DNA of 63,577 nt from Deltaproteobacteria bacterium (GTDB lineage Archaea; Thermoplasmatota; Poseidoniia; Poseidoniales; Poseidoniaceae), in NCBI GenBank assembly GCA_028344335.1, contig JAOMAZ010000003.1, positions 1 to 63,577 of the forward strand. The letters run 5' to 3'. The translations under genes were made by a program, and so were the position numbers. How positions within the stretch are numbered: position 1 is the first letter of the stretch; the number at the start of each line of letters is the position of its first letter. Under the pieces are notes generated by a model that was not told where the DNA came from, searched no databases, and saw only the letters and a program-made list of their open reading frames with translations. Positions 35,140-44,945 of the stretch are shown piece by piece.

Positions 35140-35673
35140 TTACCATTCTTCAACGTGCATGGCAACGATTGGATTATTCTCATAGCGCAAGCGCAACCAT
35201 GCTTGGTAGATTTCATCAATCTCAGAAAATTCCCCAGCTAATGTTGGGATACGGTTATTGAATTTCTTTTGGAAGGAATTACTATTTCTACCTAATTCTC
35301 TTTGAATTTCTCGCAGACCAAAGTAATCTCCCCTCTCAACACTGCGGACTAAATATCGAAAAGCATCTCCTAAACCTGCACCTCTTATTCTGTCATGAAC
35401 TATTAGGGCACGCTCTACGACGGATGGGACATTTCCAAGTGATACTTCAGTGCGTAATTTATTGAGGATTCGATTAACACCATCCTCATCAGACAAGAAA
35501 TCAGGAATACGCTCATCTTTGTTGGTCATTTCTACAATGCCCTTATTTGAGACACCAGGATATTTACGGATTAATTGATAGACAGCGCGCAATTCTGATG
35601 AAATTTTCATCTTATGCCCGAAGCGCCGATTTGGCATGTAAATTGAGAGGCGGTCCCTATTGTTTAACCCCAT
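35140..35673 (-). CDS. Hypothetical protein, possible winged-helix N-terminus
   Basis: ORF. An internal start was chosen because the maximal ORF (to 35724) overlaps the 5' end of the divergent gene. LRAVYQLIRKYPGVSNKGIVEMT resembles a wHTH recognition region (weak). Confidence 0.45.
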   Translation of the reverse strand: MGLNNRDRLSIYMPNRRFGHKMKISSELRAVYQLIRKYPGVSNKGIVEMTNKDERIPDFLSDEDGVNRILNKLRTEVSLGNVPSVVERALIVHDRIRGAGLGDAFRYLVRSVERGDYFGLREIQRELGRNSNSFQKKFNNRIPTLAGEFSEIDEIYQAWLRLRYENNPIVAMHVEEW

Positions 35674-35699
35674 GGTGCAAATCCTTTGTGGAATAACTA

Positions 35700-36314
35700 A
35701 TGAACACAAAAGCCAACGCCCCATTCATGCCAGACAGCAAATGGTCGCGTTTTGTCTTATCTGGTGATAGGCTACTGCCCAGTAGCATCAGCATTTCTGA
35801 CAAGCGTCTTTTACGACTTGATGTAATGCTGGAAATTCGCAGGAAAGAGGGTCAAACTTTGCCAATTTCAGCTCTCAAGACTTTGGGACGCAATTGTTCA
35901 CAGTTATTGGTTGACCCTCATACTGATAATCATCAAGAGTTAATAGATTGTATAATGATGGGTTCTTCTCTTGTCTGCATCGACCATCGGGCTCAATTCA
36001 AAGAATTACAATCCGCTCATGCTACAAGTCAGAATATTGTCGTGAAGTTAGAGTTAAATTCGGAGATGCTCGAAAACCCAGAAGACCATTTGGAGAGATT
36101 GAAAACATTATCAGATATGGTTGGTGAATTGATTATGGTGAAAACACGTCAACCAGGTATTCTTGAGGAATGGTGGATAGACTTACCTCGTTCTATTCGT
36201 TCTTCATGGCGTTGGATTATGGCTCCTGCAGAGGGTGAAAAATTGCCTTTGAAGAATAACAGTAGGATTCATTCTTGGGCTCTGAGCGGGGATTTATTTT
36301 TATCCGATCTGTAA
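35700..36314 (+). CDS. Hypothetical protein (204 aa)
   Basis: ORF only; no motif recognised. Confidence 0.45.
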   Translation: MNTKANAPFMPDSKWSRFVLSGDRLLPSSISISDKRLLRLDVMLEIRRKEGQTLPISALKTLGRNCSQLLVDPHTDNHQELIDCIMMGSSLVCIDHRAQFKELQSAHATSQNIVVKLELNSEMLENPEDHLERLKTLSDMVGELIMVKTRQPGILEEWWIDLPRSIRSSWRWIMAPAEGEKLPLKNNSRIHSWALSGDLFLSDL

Positions 36315-36340
36315 AGGTTCTAATTCGTCAGAGTGAGAAC

Positions 36341-39300
36341 TCAGGATAAACGAGTAAATCCACCTTCATCATCCTGCTTCCAGCGCCCACAATCAGGACC
36401 AATAAACCATGACCCTTCTTCGTCATATTCGTATTCCCCAGCCCAAACTAAACCTTCCCAATCAGCGACTCTTGTACCAACAAGTGGAATTGATTTATCA
36501 TTCTTTGAGGGTTCTGGGGCTTTCAGACTATCTAATGCAGCCAAGGCACTAACAGATACTTCTGTAGGAACAGTCATTGGTACATGGGCAGGTTTTGCTG
36601 CACTTGTCGGCAGAGGATCAGATATATTGACCAACTCTTTTTCTTCTTCAATGAATAGCTTTTCTTCCTTACGAGGTAATCTTCTAATTAAGAAAATAAT
36701 CACTAGTAGAATAACTATCACCCCGCCTCCATACATTGTAGGTTCAGCAATTTGAGATAGGAAAGCCTCCGGTTTTGCAGTCATTTCTACTTCAATGCTA
36801 ATGCTATTATCTTCTTCATTAAGTTCTGGTAAATGGTCATCAGGGTCAACACTTGCAGTTAATATCCAATCTCCGATCTGTTTTGGCCACAAATCAATGG
36901 TCAATGTCCAAATGCCATTTTCTACTAATCCATGAGTCTTAGTTTCACTCCACCCCATCAAGACTTGACCATCGGGAGAGGTCATCGTTATGTTGAGTGT
37001 GATTGGCTGGTCTACGCTTTCTCCTAGATTATCGACCTTTAGAGAGACACGAAATTTATCCCCTATGACAATTAAATCTGAATCGCTAGTGAAAGTAGTC
37101 ATTCTCAAGTCAGGTCCAGTGCTTGTTAATTCCAATTCCAACCAAGGCGTAGTGTTGGAATTAACTCCCGATTCACTGGAGATTTCTCTACCGGCAGCAT
37201 CATTCCCGCTAAGCCAACAAGCCATAATTGAATCACTAGGTAAGTCACTAGGACGCCCGAGTCCACTCATATTGAATTTGAATGAGTAAATACTCCTATC
37301 GCTTAATACTCCAACCGGTGGGAGAGTTAGAGAGATAGCAGGCCAGTCAAGTCCATTACCCCGAACTTGACACCACGCGGTAATCGAATTCTCAAATTCG
37401 ATATCATCCCTAACACTGGCAGTTACTACTACCTCGTTGAGGTGGTAGCGGCTTGGAAGATTATGTTCAGCTGGTGTGAGTAGAAGTGGGTCTTGGTCAT
37501 CAACATGGATCAAAATTGGCCCTAACTCTCCTAGAGTTTGCCAGCCCATTTCATCGAATATTGTCAGTTTTAATTCACCAGTACCGGCTCTTGGTGGGTC
37601 AAGAATTAGCGTGTCCATGCTCCCGTTGACTAATTCAACGGCTTGTTCTCCACTCCATTGTTCACCATTTATTGTCCCATCCCATCTCAATAATACCAGT
37701 CCATCCATTGCTAATCCGGATTGCCCATGGTTGATGTTGGCTGTTACTCGCATTTCATCTCCCATTGCAAGGTAATGGCCATCTTCAATCTCACCTTGCA
37801 GATTTCCTTCAATATCAGTAAAATTGAAATTACTGAGAACCAAATCAGTTGTCAAGAACCATTGATTTTCTAATGCAAATTGCGCTGTGCCGTCGATGTC
37901 AAAAATAACGATATCTAACGCACCGATTGAAACCTCATTGGGGTTGATTCTCCAGGTAGGTGCAAAAAAGATTTCAAGGACCAGATTTCCAGTAATAGTA
38001 CTGCTTGAGCATGAGATGCTATCACTGATTATTCTCTCATCCATGGCGGAGCATCCTCGTCCATCTGACAACCATCTAATTCCCATTTCTTCCTCTCCCC
38101 CGAGCAATAATTTAATTTTATCAATATCCTCAATATCATTTGCATCGCTGACTTCGATTGCCCAACCCGCTACCACCCCTGGCTCCATCCTCATGCCCTG
38201 TCCTAATACTTCAGTTCCAATTATGGTGATAGATTCCAATACCCCGTTTTGTGCCTCCCTTGTTTGCCAAGATAGGAATGGATTATCTTCACCATTATCA
38301 TCGAATGGATGAGCCACCACGTCAAGACCGCTCAGCCAAACTTGCACATTGCCATGGTCGGAATTTGCACTATCATTAATAGTGAAATTTAGATACCATA
38401 ATGAGCCTTGGTTTTGGGCATTAAAAGTCGTTATTACCATTTCTTCAGATTGGGATTGGCCATCCATCGGGCTTCCATTCTTGCCATCATCAACCGCTTC
38501 GACCCAAGTCAGCAATTCTAGACTGGGAACATTTAGACCTCCAGAATCCCAAAGTGTTATCGAGGCTTGTCTGTTAATTTGAGAATTGATATAAGCGCCA
38601 TTTTCAGGGATGGTTGAAATTAAAATTGGTCCATCATCATCAACAATAACTGTCATTGGATCATGTCCGCTTGTTATGTTGTAAGTAAGTGATGACCTTG
38701 CCCTAGCAGTAATTTCAAGACTTCCATTTAGACTTTGATTTAGGGTGTATGAATGCTGTTTTGATGTTGCCATATCAAGCCAATCTGTAGTTTCATTCCA
38801 CCAACTTGTTTGACCTTCGGAATTAGTACTAGTCAATTTTAGTTCAAGTCTTGATTCAAGATCCACCCCACTGTGGTTTTGCATTGTCGAGGGGAAAAAT
38901 GGATTTACCTTGACTAGTAGTTCAGCCCCTTCAGAAACCACTCCGCCCTCCACCATCTCCACTAATTGCTCTTGCCCATTCCAGCGGCTAGACAATGACT
39001 CTATGGTGACCTCTAATTCATTGTCCAATTCGATAATATTACTGAGAACGTGCTCGATTGTTATTCCTGAATGTGGTACACTTTTGGCGCCGAAACGCAA
39101 TTTATCATCTGGGATTCCATCAGCCAAGGTGATATTCCACTGGATTTTACGTTCTCCATTTGAAGCTGAAACTAATTCAACCGTATAACCTCCAATTAGG
39201 CCAAATCCATCTTCAATTACTATATCCCCCAATTCTGGATCTCTGCTGATACTCGCTACAGTTTGGCTAGGCTGGTTGCCATCGGTGGTAGATATCCACA

Positions 39301-40897
39301 GCACATCTAGGGCAGTACCATTGGTTATGTGATGACCTGTGATGATGGGGATTGCTTCGTTAGAAGAATGTACAATCGCCGGAGGTGCTTGGTAAAACCC
39401 TGCATGGTCGACATCCAAAGTTATATTGTTGATATCAGGAGTTGTCCAATTCATCATTTCTGTAGTTTTCATCCGCACACGGTATTCTAAATGATTTGCA
39501 TTGGTGAGGGAAAGAATGCTATCAGTACTCGGATACCAACTAGAAACTGTACCATCTGGGCCGCTCCACATGGTTGATCCAAGGCTTGCTGCAACCATAT
39601 GGCTGCGAATTTGAGTGTCGACAGAGGTGCCAGTAGGAGTGTTAGCATCGATATCTATTCGAATTGGCTTACAGGTGAACTCCGTGGCTGGGCGTAAGTC
39701 CATTGATGGAGATTGAACCCAGCCTTCTGCTGAACTGATATTTCCTGCTACCATTATATCTGACAGATAGGAAACTCCCCACGAATTATAGAGATAGGAG
39801 GACACGTCTCCCGTACCCATGACAATACTGTTGTTAAGAACTGAGGCAGTCAAATCATAGAAGCCAAACTGGAGGTCCGATAATTTTCTCCAGATTCCAG
39901 TTGTGGGATCATAACCCCATGCCTTGTCGCTCTTTGAGCCAGTGCTGCCAGCAAATATCACCAATTCATCATGGAGTACCACTGTTTCATGGCCGAATAA
40001 TGCTTTTGGCATATTAGGTAGAATCCACCAAGTATCGTTTGCGGGGTCATAGACTTCCACATCATCGTAAACAATCGGTGGGTACCATGAACTCGAGGTG
40101 GTTTTATTTGCCCCACCAATGGCATATAGCAAGCCATGATATTCTGTTAAAGTCAAGCCCCAACGAGAGCGATTCATACTCGACATAACTGCCCATTCAT
40201 CGTTAACAGGGTCGTATCTCAAGGTCTGATTTGTGGGGTTAGTTCCACCATTTGCACTAACTCCTCCAGCCACATAGATGTAATCACCCAAGGCTGCGAC
40301 ACCAGCATTACCCACTGCCCTTTCTGATGGAAATGAAGCACCCTCATACCAAGTGGAGTTGCTTAGATTGTAGACTTGAGCCATACCGATAGAATTTTTG
40401 GTGGGATTACTATTGGTCGGCCACCAATCACCCAATACTGCGATTAAATCTCCAACTCGGGCAGAGCCAGCATATTGTTGGGCGTTTTCCATCCCGCCGC
40501 CGCCGCCCCACGCATTATTAGCAAAGTCATAGACCTCTACCATGCTGGTTGCCATTTCATCATTGTTTTGACTAGGATTAGGGTCTTCTCTCCCTCCCAT
40601 CACCCATACTTCCCCTAATTCAGGTATTGCAATCGAAGTTGCTCCTGTCTTGGATATTGGAAGATTAGTGACGCTGCTGAATAGCAAATCCGGTCTTTTC
40701 ATGATTGGCTTGCCTTCATCACTAACGTTGAGGTCAGTTCTTGTTGCCCCATTGCTTGACCAATTGTCATGGATGACAACTACACTCTCTTTATTGTCGA
40801 CATTATTGAGCACTTGATGGCCCATAAAAGGGGTCATGATTGATGCCAATAGGAGGATACAAAGCAGAATAGAATCCAACCTTTTTCTGCCTCCCAT
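36341..40897 (-). CDS. Giant (1518 aa) surface protein: signal peptide, Kelch-type beta-propeller, many beta-sandwich domains, CARDB-like domain, TM, cytoplasmic tail ending in a WW-like module
   Basis: Signal ILLCILLLASIMTPF. Kelch blades (VWVMGGRED, VEVYDFANNAWG, YIYVAGGV, LRYDPVNDEWAVM, LLYAIGGA, VEVYDPANDTWWIL, GYDPTTGIWRKL). CARDB-like ...VDPDDHLPELNEEDNSISIEV. TM GGGVIVILLVIIFLI, then RRLPRKEE and ~115 aa. Confidence 0.85.
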   Translation of the reverse strand: MGGRKRLDSILLCILLLASIMTPFMGHQVLNNVDNKESVVVIHDNWSSNGATRTDLNVSDEGKPIMKRPDLLFSSVTNLPISKTGATSIAIPELGEVWVMGGREDPNPSQNNDEMATSMVEVYDFANNAWGGGGGMENAQQYAGSARVGDLIAVLGDWWPTNSNPTKNSIGMAQVYNLSNSTWYEGASFPSERAVGNAGVAALGDYIYVAGGVSANGGTNPTNQTLRYDPVNDEWAVMSSMNRSRWGLTLTEYHGLLYAIGGANKTTSSSWYPPIVYDDVEVYDPANDTWWILPNMPKALFGHETVVLHDELVIFAGSTGSKSDKAWGYDPTTGIWRKLSDLQFGFYDLTASVLNNSIVMGTGDVSSYLYNSWGVSYLSDIMVAGNISSAEGWVQSPSMDLRPATEFTCKPIRIDIDANTPTGTSVDTQIRSHMVAASLGSTMWSGPDGTVSSWYPSTDSILSLTNANHLEYRVRMKTTEMMNWTTPDINNITLDVDHAGFYQAPPAIVHSSNEAIPIITGHHITNGTALDVLWISTTDGNQPSQTVASISRDPELGDIVIEDGFGLIGGYTVELVSASNGERKIQWNITLADGIPDDKLRFGAKSVPHSGITIEHVLSNIIELDNELEVTIESLSSRWNGQEQLVEMVEGGVVSEGAELLVKVNPFFPSTMQNHSGVDLESRLELKLTSTNSEGQTSWWNETTDWLDMATSKQHSYTLNQSLNGSLEITARARSSLTYNITSGHDPMTVIVDDDGPILISTIPENGAYINSQINRQASITLWDSGGLNVPSLELLTWVEAVDDGKNGSPMDGQSQSEEMVITTFNAQNQGSLWYLNFTINDSANSDHGNVQVWLSGLDVVAHPFDDNGEDNPFLSWQTREAQNGVLESITIIGTEVLGQGMRMEPGVVAGWAIEVSDANDIEDIDKIKLLLGGEEEMGIRWLSDGRGCSAMDERIISDSISCSSSTITGNLVLEIFFAPTWRINPNEVSIGALDIVIFDIDGTAQFALENQWFLTTDLVLSNFNFTDIEGNLQGEIEDGHYLAMGDEMRVTANINHGQSGLAMDGLVLLRWDGTINGEQWSGEQAVELVNGSMDTLILDPPRAGTGELKLTIFDEMGWQTLGELGPILIHVDDQDPLLLTPAEHNLPSRYHLNEVVVTASVRDDIEFENSITAWCQVRGNGLDWPAISLTLPPVGVLSDRSIYSFKFNMSGLGRPSDLPSDSIMACWLSGNDAAGREISSESGVNSNTTPWLELELTSTGPDLRMTTFTSDSDLIVIGDKFRVSLKVDNLGESVDQPITLNITMTSPDGQVLMGWSETKTHGLVENGIWTLTIDLWPKQIGDWILTASVDPDDHLPELNEEDNSISIEVEMTAKPEAFLSQIAEPTMYGGGVIVILLVIIFLIRRLPRKEEKLFIEEEKELVNISDPLPTSAAKPAHVPMTVPTEVSVSALAALDSLKAPEPSKNDKSIPLVGTRVADWEGLVWAGEYEYDEEGSWFIGPDCGRWKQDDEGGFTRLS

Positions 40898-40994
40898 AAT
40901 GTTTTGGCAATACTAGACAGCCTTGTTCTTTGTGGTTTGGTGAATAACTGAAAATTAACGCACAATTCTGCATACCTTCATTGGTGATGGCGTG

Positions 40995-42233
40995 ATGCGC
41001 GGCCGCAGGTGGATGCTGATGGCCGACGAATTTATCGCCCGACATCCTTTAACAGGCAAATCTCTCAATACTGGAACTCGGCGAAGCCGCAAGAAAAAAG
41101 TTCGGACAATACAAACTGGACCTTGGAGTGAAATCGAAAGAGAGGATGTGATTCCTCTGGCTAGGGGGGATGTTCCGGTTATTGAAGTGTTATTTGAAGG
41201 ACGACCTGTCAAAGTTGGCAGACCTGCCGGAATTAGAGCCCTTCCGAGAATGATTACTGGGCCACTAAAACCAATGCACGATGCCTTGGTAATGGCATTA
41301 GTGGATAACAACCCCGAAGTTCGCATGGCTGGAATTGAAGTTTTACCCATATGTGCAATGCGTGATTCTGAGCAATTATTGGATATTCTTGCAGAGTTAT
41401 TGGATGATGATGTTTTGATGGTTCAACAAGCTGCATCTCACTGTCTTGGAGATTTGGCTGCGGACTTCCCATCCGGTACTGATACCTTACTTCATATCGA
41501 ATTGCGACATACTGTTGAAAGCCGCCGAAAAGAAGCCTGGAGAGGATTACGCTCATTGTGTAGTATCTGGCCGGATGTTGCTGCTGACCACATCGACCGA
41601 TTGATTCGGGAAAAGGAACTTCGATTGAGAAGAGATGCTGCATCGATGTTAAGTAGATTAGTATCTCGTTCTGGCGCCAAGATTTGGGACCTCATTTCAT
41701 GGTCCTTACAAGATGAAGATGGAGAAGTTAGAATCAGAGCTGCATCTACTCTACGTCCTTTGGCAGAATCTCATCCAAAAATCGCTCTAATCTTGGCCGA
41801 AAACGCACTCTTTGATTCTGAGGAAAAAGTCCGCGCCAAAGTAATCAGTTGCCTCGACCGATTAGACTCCTCTTCCACCAAGTTGCGCTCTTTGGTTACT
41901 AGTGGATGTAGAGTCGCAGATGTTGCAGTAAGAAAAGCCTGCATCCATTTAATCACCCGTCTCTATAGTGATGATGAGGCTAGAGAACTATCCATTGAAT
42001 TGCTGAAACAAGAAACCAATAAGGAGTTGATTGAATATCTTGAGGACTTGGCAGTAGACCACCAATTAGAAGGTGATGAGGCGAGGAAAAATGCCTACTT
42101 GGCTCCGGCTGAACCTGTGCCTGCAAGAGATCTTGAAATTATGGCAAGTGAGGCAGATTTACCACCACGATTATCTTTAGAGGAAGACAACCCAGTAAAG
42201 TCTTCGACTAAAGATGAAGATAGGCACGCTTAA
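40995..42233 (+). CDS. HEAT-repeat protein (PBS-lyase/HEAT-like repeats)
   Basis: Repeated D..xxVR...a...L units: NNPEVRMAGIEVL, DDVLMVQQAASHCL, DEDGEVRIRAASTL, DSEEKVRAKVISCL, VADVAVRKACIHL. Start uncertain (GTG 40992, ATG 40995/41013/41019). Confidence 0.65.
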   Translation: MRGRRWMLMADEFIARHPLTGKSLNTGTRRSRKKKVRTIQTGPWSEIEREDVIPLARGDVPVIEVLFEGRPVKVGRPAGIRALPRMITGPLKPMHDALVMALVDNNPEVRMAGIEVLPICAMRDSEQLLDILAELLDDDVLMVQQAASHCLGDLAADFPSGTDTLLHIELRHTVESRRKEAWRGLRSLCSIWPDVAADHIDRLIREKELRLRRDAASMLSRLVSRSGAKIWDLISWSLQDEDGEVRIRAASTLRPLAESHPKIALILAENALFDSEEKVRAKVISCLDRLDSSSTKLRSLVTSGCRVADVAVRKACIHLITRLYSDDEARELSIELLKQETNKELIEYLEDLAVDHQLEGDEARKNAYLAPAEPVPARDLEIMASEADLPPRLSLEEDNPVKSSTKDEDRHA

Positions 42234-42272
42234 AGCAACACCTCAGGTCGCCGGCTCACTGGAGTGTACATC

Positions 42273-42488
42273 ATGTCGGATGAGAGTTTCAATGGCCGAG
42301 AAGAGCAGTTTGAGCGTCTATGGGAAGGACAGACCCCCAAAGGCATCAACCGCGTCAAGGCCCTCAAATTCCGCCAGTACATTCTTGAGCACGTCAGGCA
42401 GAAACGCCGACCTCTGACTCGTGAGAATGCTAAGCGCTACTGGATGGGAGACATCCAGCGTGAAGAAGCAGAGAACGAGTCATTCTGA
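42273..42488 (+). CDS. Small hypothetical protein (71 aa) upstream of the DEAD-box helicase
   Basis: ORF only (MSDESFNGREEQFERLWEG...). Confidence 0.4.
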   Translation: MSDESFNGREEQFERLWEGQTPKGINRVKALKFRQYILEHVRQKRRPLTRENAKRYWMGDIQREEAENESF

Positions 42489-42550
42489 TGTCATAGTTGG
42501 GAGCCTCGTTCCGGCGCCCAGTCGAACCAAAAGGAACAGAGGCGGTCGCA

Positions 42551-43957
42551 ATGATCACAGAACAAACATTTGCAGCATGGAATTTAGAGCCAGCCATCAA
42601 CAAGGGTTTAGAAAACCTAGGTTGGGAAAATGCAACTTGGATTCAATTAGAGTCGATACCTTCAGCAAGGGAGGGAAAGGATCTCATTGGCCAGGCAAGA
42701 ACTGGTTCTGGAAAGACCGGTGCATTTGGGATACCAATTTTAGAACGGTGTGAAGCAATTGCCAAATTGCAGGCACTGGTTCTGGCACCAACTAGAGAAC
42801 TAGCTAGTCAGGTTTGTGAAGAATTCAAGCAACTTCAAAGCGACAAGGGATTGGAAATTATCAGTGTCTATGGCGGCACAGATATTGACAAACAAGCAAA
42901 ACAACTCGATGACGGCGTAGATATCATCGTTGGAACACCTGGTCGCGTAATGGACATGAGTAAGAGAGGGCATATCGACCTTAGCCAACCCTCAATGTTT
43001 ATCCTTGACGAGGCAGATAGAATGCTCGATATGGGTTTCATGCCCGATATAATGTGGGTTATGGAGAAGTTAGAAAACCGTCAACAAACTCTGCTCTTTA
43101 GTGCAACTTTCCCGCCTGAGATTCTCGATGCAGCAAATGAGTTCATGCCAGAGCATGTGTATGTCAGCAGTGGCGGGTTTGAATTGGATATTCCAGATAT
43201 AGAACAACACGCAGTTCGCATAGGACGTGGCAATAAATTATGGGTTATGGGAAGAATACTAACTCAAGAAAGAGAAGGTCAAACAATCATATTTTGCAAT
43301 ACAAAGCGCATGGTTGACATGTTAGTTGAGCGCCTTGCTAAGCATAGATTCAACTCGGCCGTTGGACTGCATGGTGATCTAGCTCAAAATAAGCGTGAGA
43401 GAATCCTAAACCAATTCCGCCAAGGAGAAGTTGAGATTATCGTAGCAACTGATGTGGCTGCTCGTGGTCTCGATGTCCAGGATGTTTCTTGCGTCATCAA
43501 TTACGACTTACCCGATGATTTGGATTCCTATGTCCATCGAATTGGACGTACAGGTAGAATTGGTAGAAAGGGGGAAGCCTGGTCATTTGTCACCAAAGAT
43601 GATGTTCCGACCTTGAACAAGCTAAGAGCAAGCCTTGGCCTAAATATCAATGATAGCGAAGCACCAGAATTGGCGGAAGGAGCTAAAGATCCAGTGCGCA
43701 GGATGGATGACTGGAGTGAAGTTGCCGATGTCTTTGGAATGGTTCCTTTAACCCTTCAATTCTCTGGTGAGATCTCAAAACTAGCAATTATTGAACATGC
43801 TATGTCTCTGGTTAGAATGCAGGAATTAGCACTTGGAGACATTAGAACAAAAGATGGAACCACTACTTTAGAAGTTCATTCCTCAAAAGTATCCTATGTC
43901 AAAGAAGCATTGGATGGTAGCGAAATTAATGGCGTTAACATCACAGTTTCACTCTGA
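42551..43957 (+). CDS. DEAD-box ATP-dependent RNA helicase with C-terminal RNA-binding-like extension
   Basis: Q motif (FAAWNLEPAINKGLENLGWENATWIQ), ARTGSGKT, PTRELA, DEAD, SAT, HRIGRTGR. ~90-aa C-terminal domain (DbpA-like, inferred). Confidence 0.9.
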   Translation: MITEQTFAAWNLEPAINKGLENLGWENATWIQLESIPSAREGKDLIGQARTGSGKTGAFGIPILERCEAIAKLQALVLAPTRELASQVCEEFKQLQSDKGLEIISVYGGTDIDKQAKQLDDGVDIIVGTPGRVMDMSKRGHIDLSQPSMFILDEADRMLDMGFMPDIMWVMEKLENRQQTLLFSATFPPEILDAANEFMPEHVYVSSGGFELDIPDIEQHAVRIGRGNKLWVMGRILTQEREGQTIIFCNTKRMVDMLVERLAKHRFNSAVGLHGDLAQNKRERILNQFRQGEVEIIVATDVAARGLDVQDVSCVINYDLPDDLDSYVHRIGRTGRIGRKGEAWSFVTKDDVPTLNKLRASLGLNINDSEAPELAEGAKDPVRRMDDWSEVADVFGMVPLTLQFSGEISKLAIIEHAMSLVRMQELALGDIRTKDGTTTLEVHSSKVSYVKEALDGSEINGVNITVSL

Positions 43958-44890
43958 TTCAAGATTTTTTTCTGGTCTTTGAATACTAATAGAAGTGCCT
44001 GCAATGGTTAGCATACCTAAAGTACCTAGCGACCAAGCGGTGGAAATTGCATCATCATGATTTCTCATTGCCTGCCCACAACGTGCCGATATTTCATTCA
44101 AAGAATCACAGTCCTCCATTTCAGCAATTGCAGATTGAGTTTCATCTCCAGTCCATGAAGAGGCAGCAAGAATAAACAAAATTATGGCAACTGCAATTAA
44201 TCCAATGTGGATTGACTTCCATTGTTGGCGGAAACTGATTTTCCATCCTTCAGTCTCTGATTCTGCAGCCTCTCTAACGCGTTTTGGCCCCCCAACCCAG
44301 TAAAACCAGGCAGTCCACATTCCTACTAAGATAAGGAGGAAACCGTATTCGAACATCATCTTGTGGAATTCATACATCTCATTTGCACACCATACACCTC
44401 GTGGATTTGCATCACACCCAGCCCTTGCAAAATGATATAGAAGGGTTAGACGCATCAGATTCAAGACGAATACCAATGAACAAAGAACGGCAATACCTCG
44501 TAATTTCAAACGCTGAGGGACGCCATCAGTTAACATGACTAAAGTTGATATGAATAGCATTTCGTGTACGCCAGCACATTCATCACCGACAAATAGTGCA
44601 ATTCGCCCATCTGGAAAGTTAGGGTGTATCAAATCAACTCGTGTCCACCAACCTTGGTGAGTAGAAAACTCACTTGCTCCAGGTCCAAATATCAACTCTG
44701 TTAGATTGTGCCATAGGTAAGCCTCAACTGTTTGAATAACAGCCAAAGTATTGGATGGTTGGGTGAGAAACCAGTAGACCATCTCCAAAACCAAAAGAGC
44801 AAGCGGGATTTTGAGGTAGCGAAGGCCTAACCTGCCGACTTCAGGCCATGACATATCGTCATCAGCACGTTTACTCGCAGTCTCCATCAT
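43949..44890 (-). CDS. Polytopic membrane protein, archaeosortase/exosortase-family-like (putative)
   Basis: Cys/Arg/His candidate triad in family-typical contexts: ALFVGDECAGVHEMLFIS (Cys), 42 aa later VFVLNLMRLTLL (Arg), 29 aa later YEFHKMMFEYGFLL (His). Multiple TM helices. Judged by eye only. Confidence 0.45.
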   Translation of the reverse strand: MMETASKRADDDMSWPEVGRLGLRYLKIPLALLVLEMVYWFLTQPSNTLAVIQTVEAYLWHNLTELIFGPGASEFSTHQGWWTRVDLIHPNFPDGRIALFVGDECAGVHEMLFISTLVMLTDGVPQRLKLRGIAVLCSLVFVLNLMRLTLLYHFARAGCDANPRGVWCANEMYEFHKMMFEYGFLLILVGMWTAWFYWVGGPKRVREAAESETEGWKISFRQQWKSIHIGLIAVAIILFILAASSWTGDETQSAIAEMEDCDSLNEISARCGQAMRNHDDAISTAWSLGTLGMLTIAGTSISIQRPEKNLESE

Positions 44891-44945
44891 GCTTACACAA
44901 GATGTGCTAGCCTTTGAGTCATGTGGTAATAAATTAGCGAACTAG

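Noticed and set aside
40955-41643. 131-aa and 129-aa ORFs antisense to the HEAT-repeat gene
   Set aside because: They are nested opposite a longer ORF with clear repeat periodicity, and they have no motifs.
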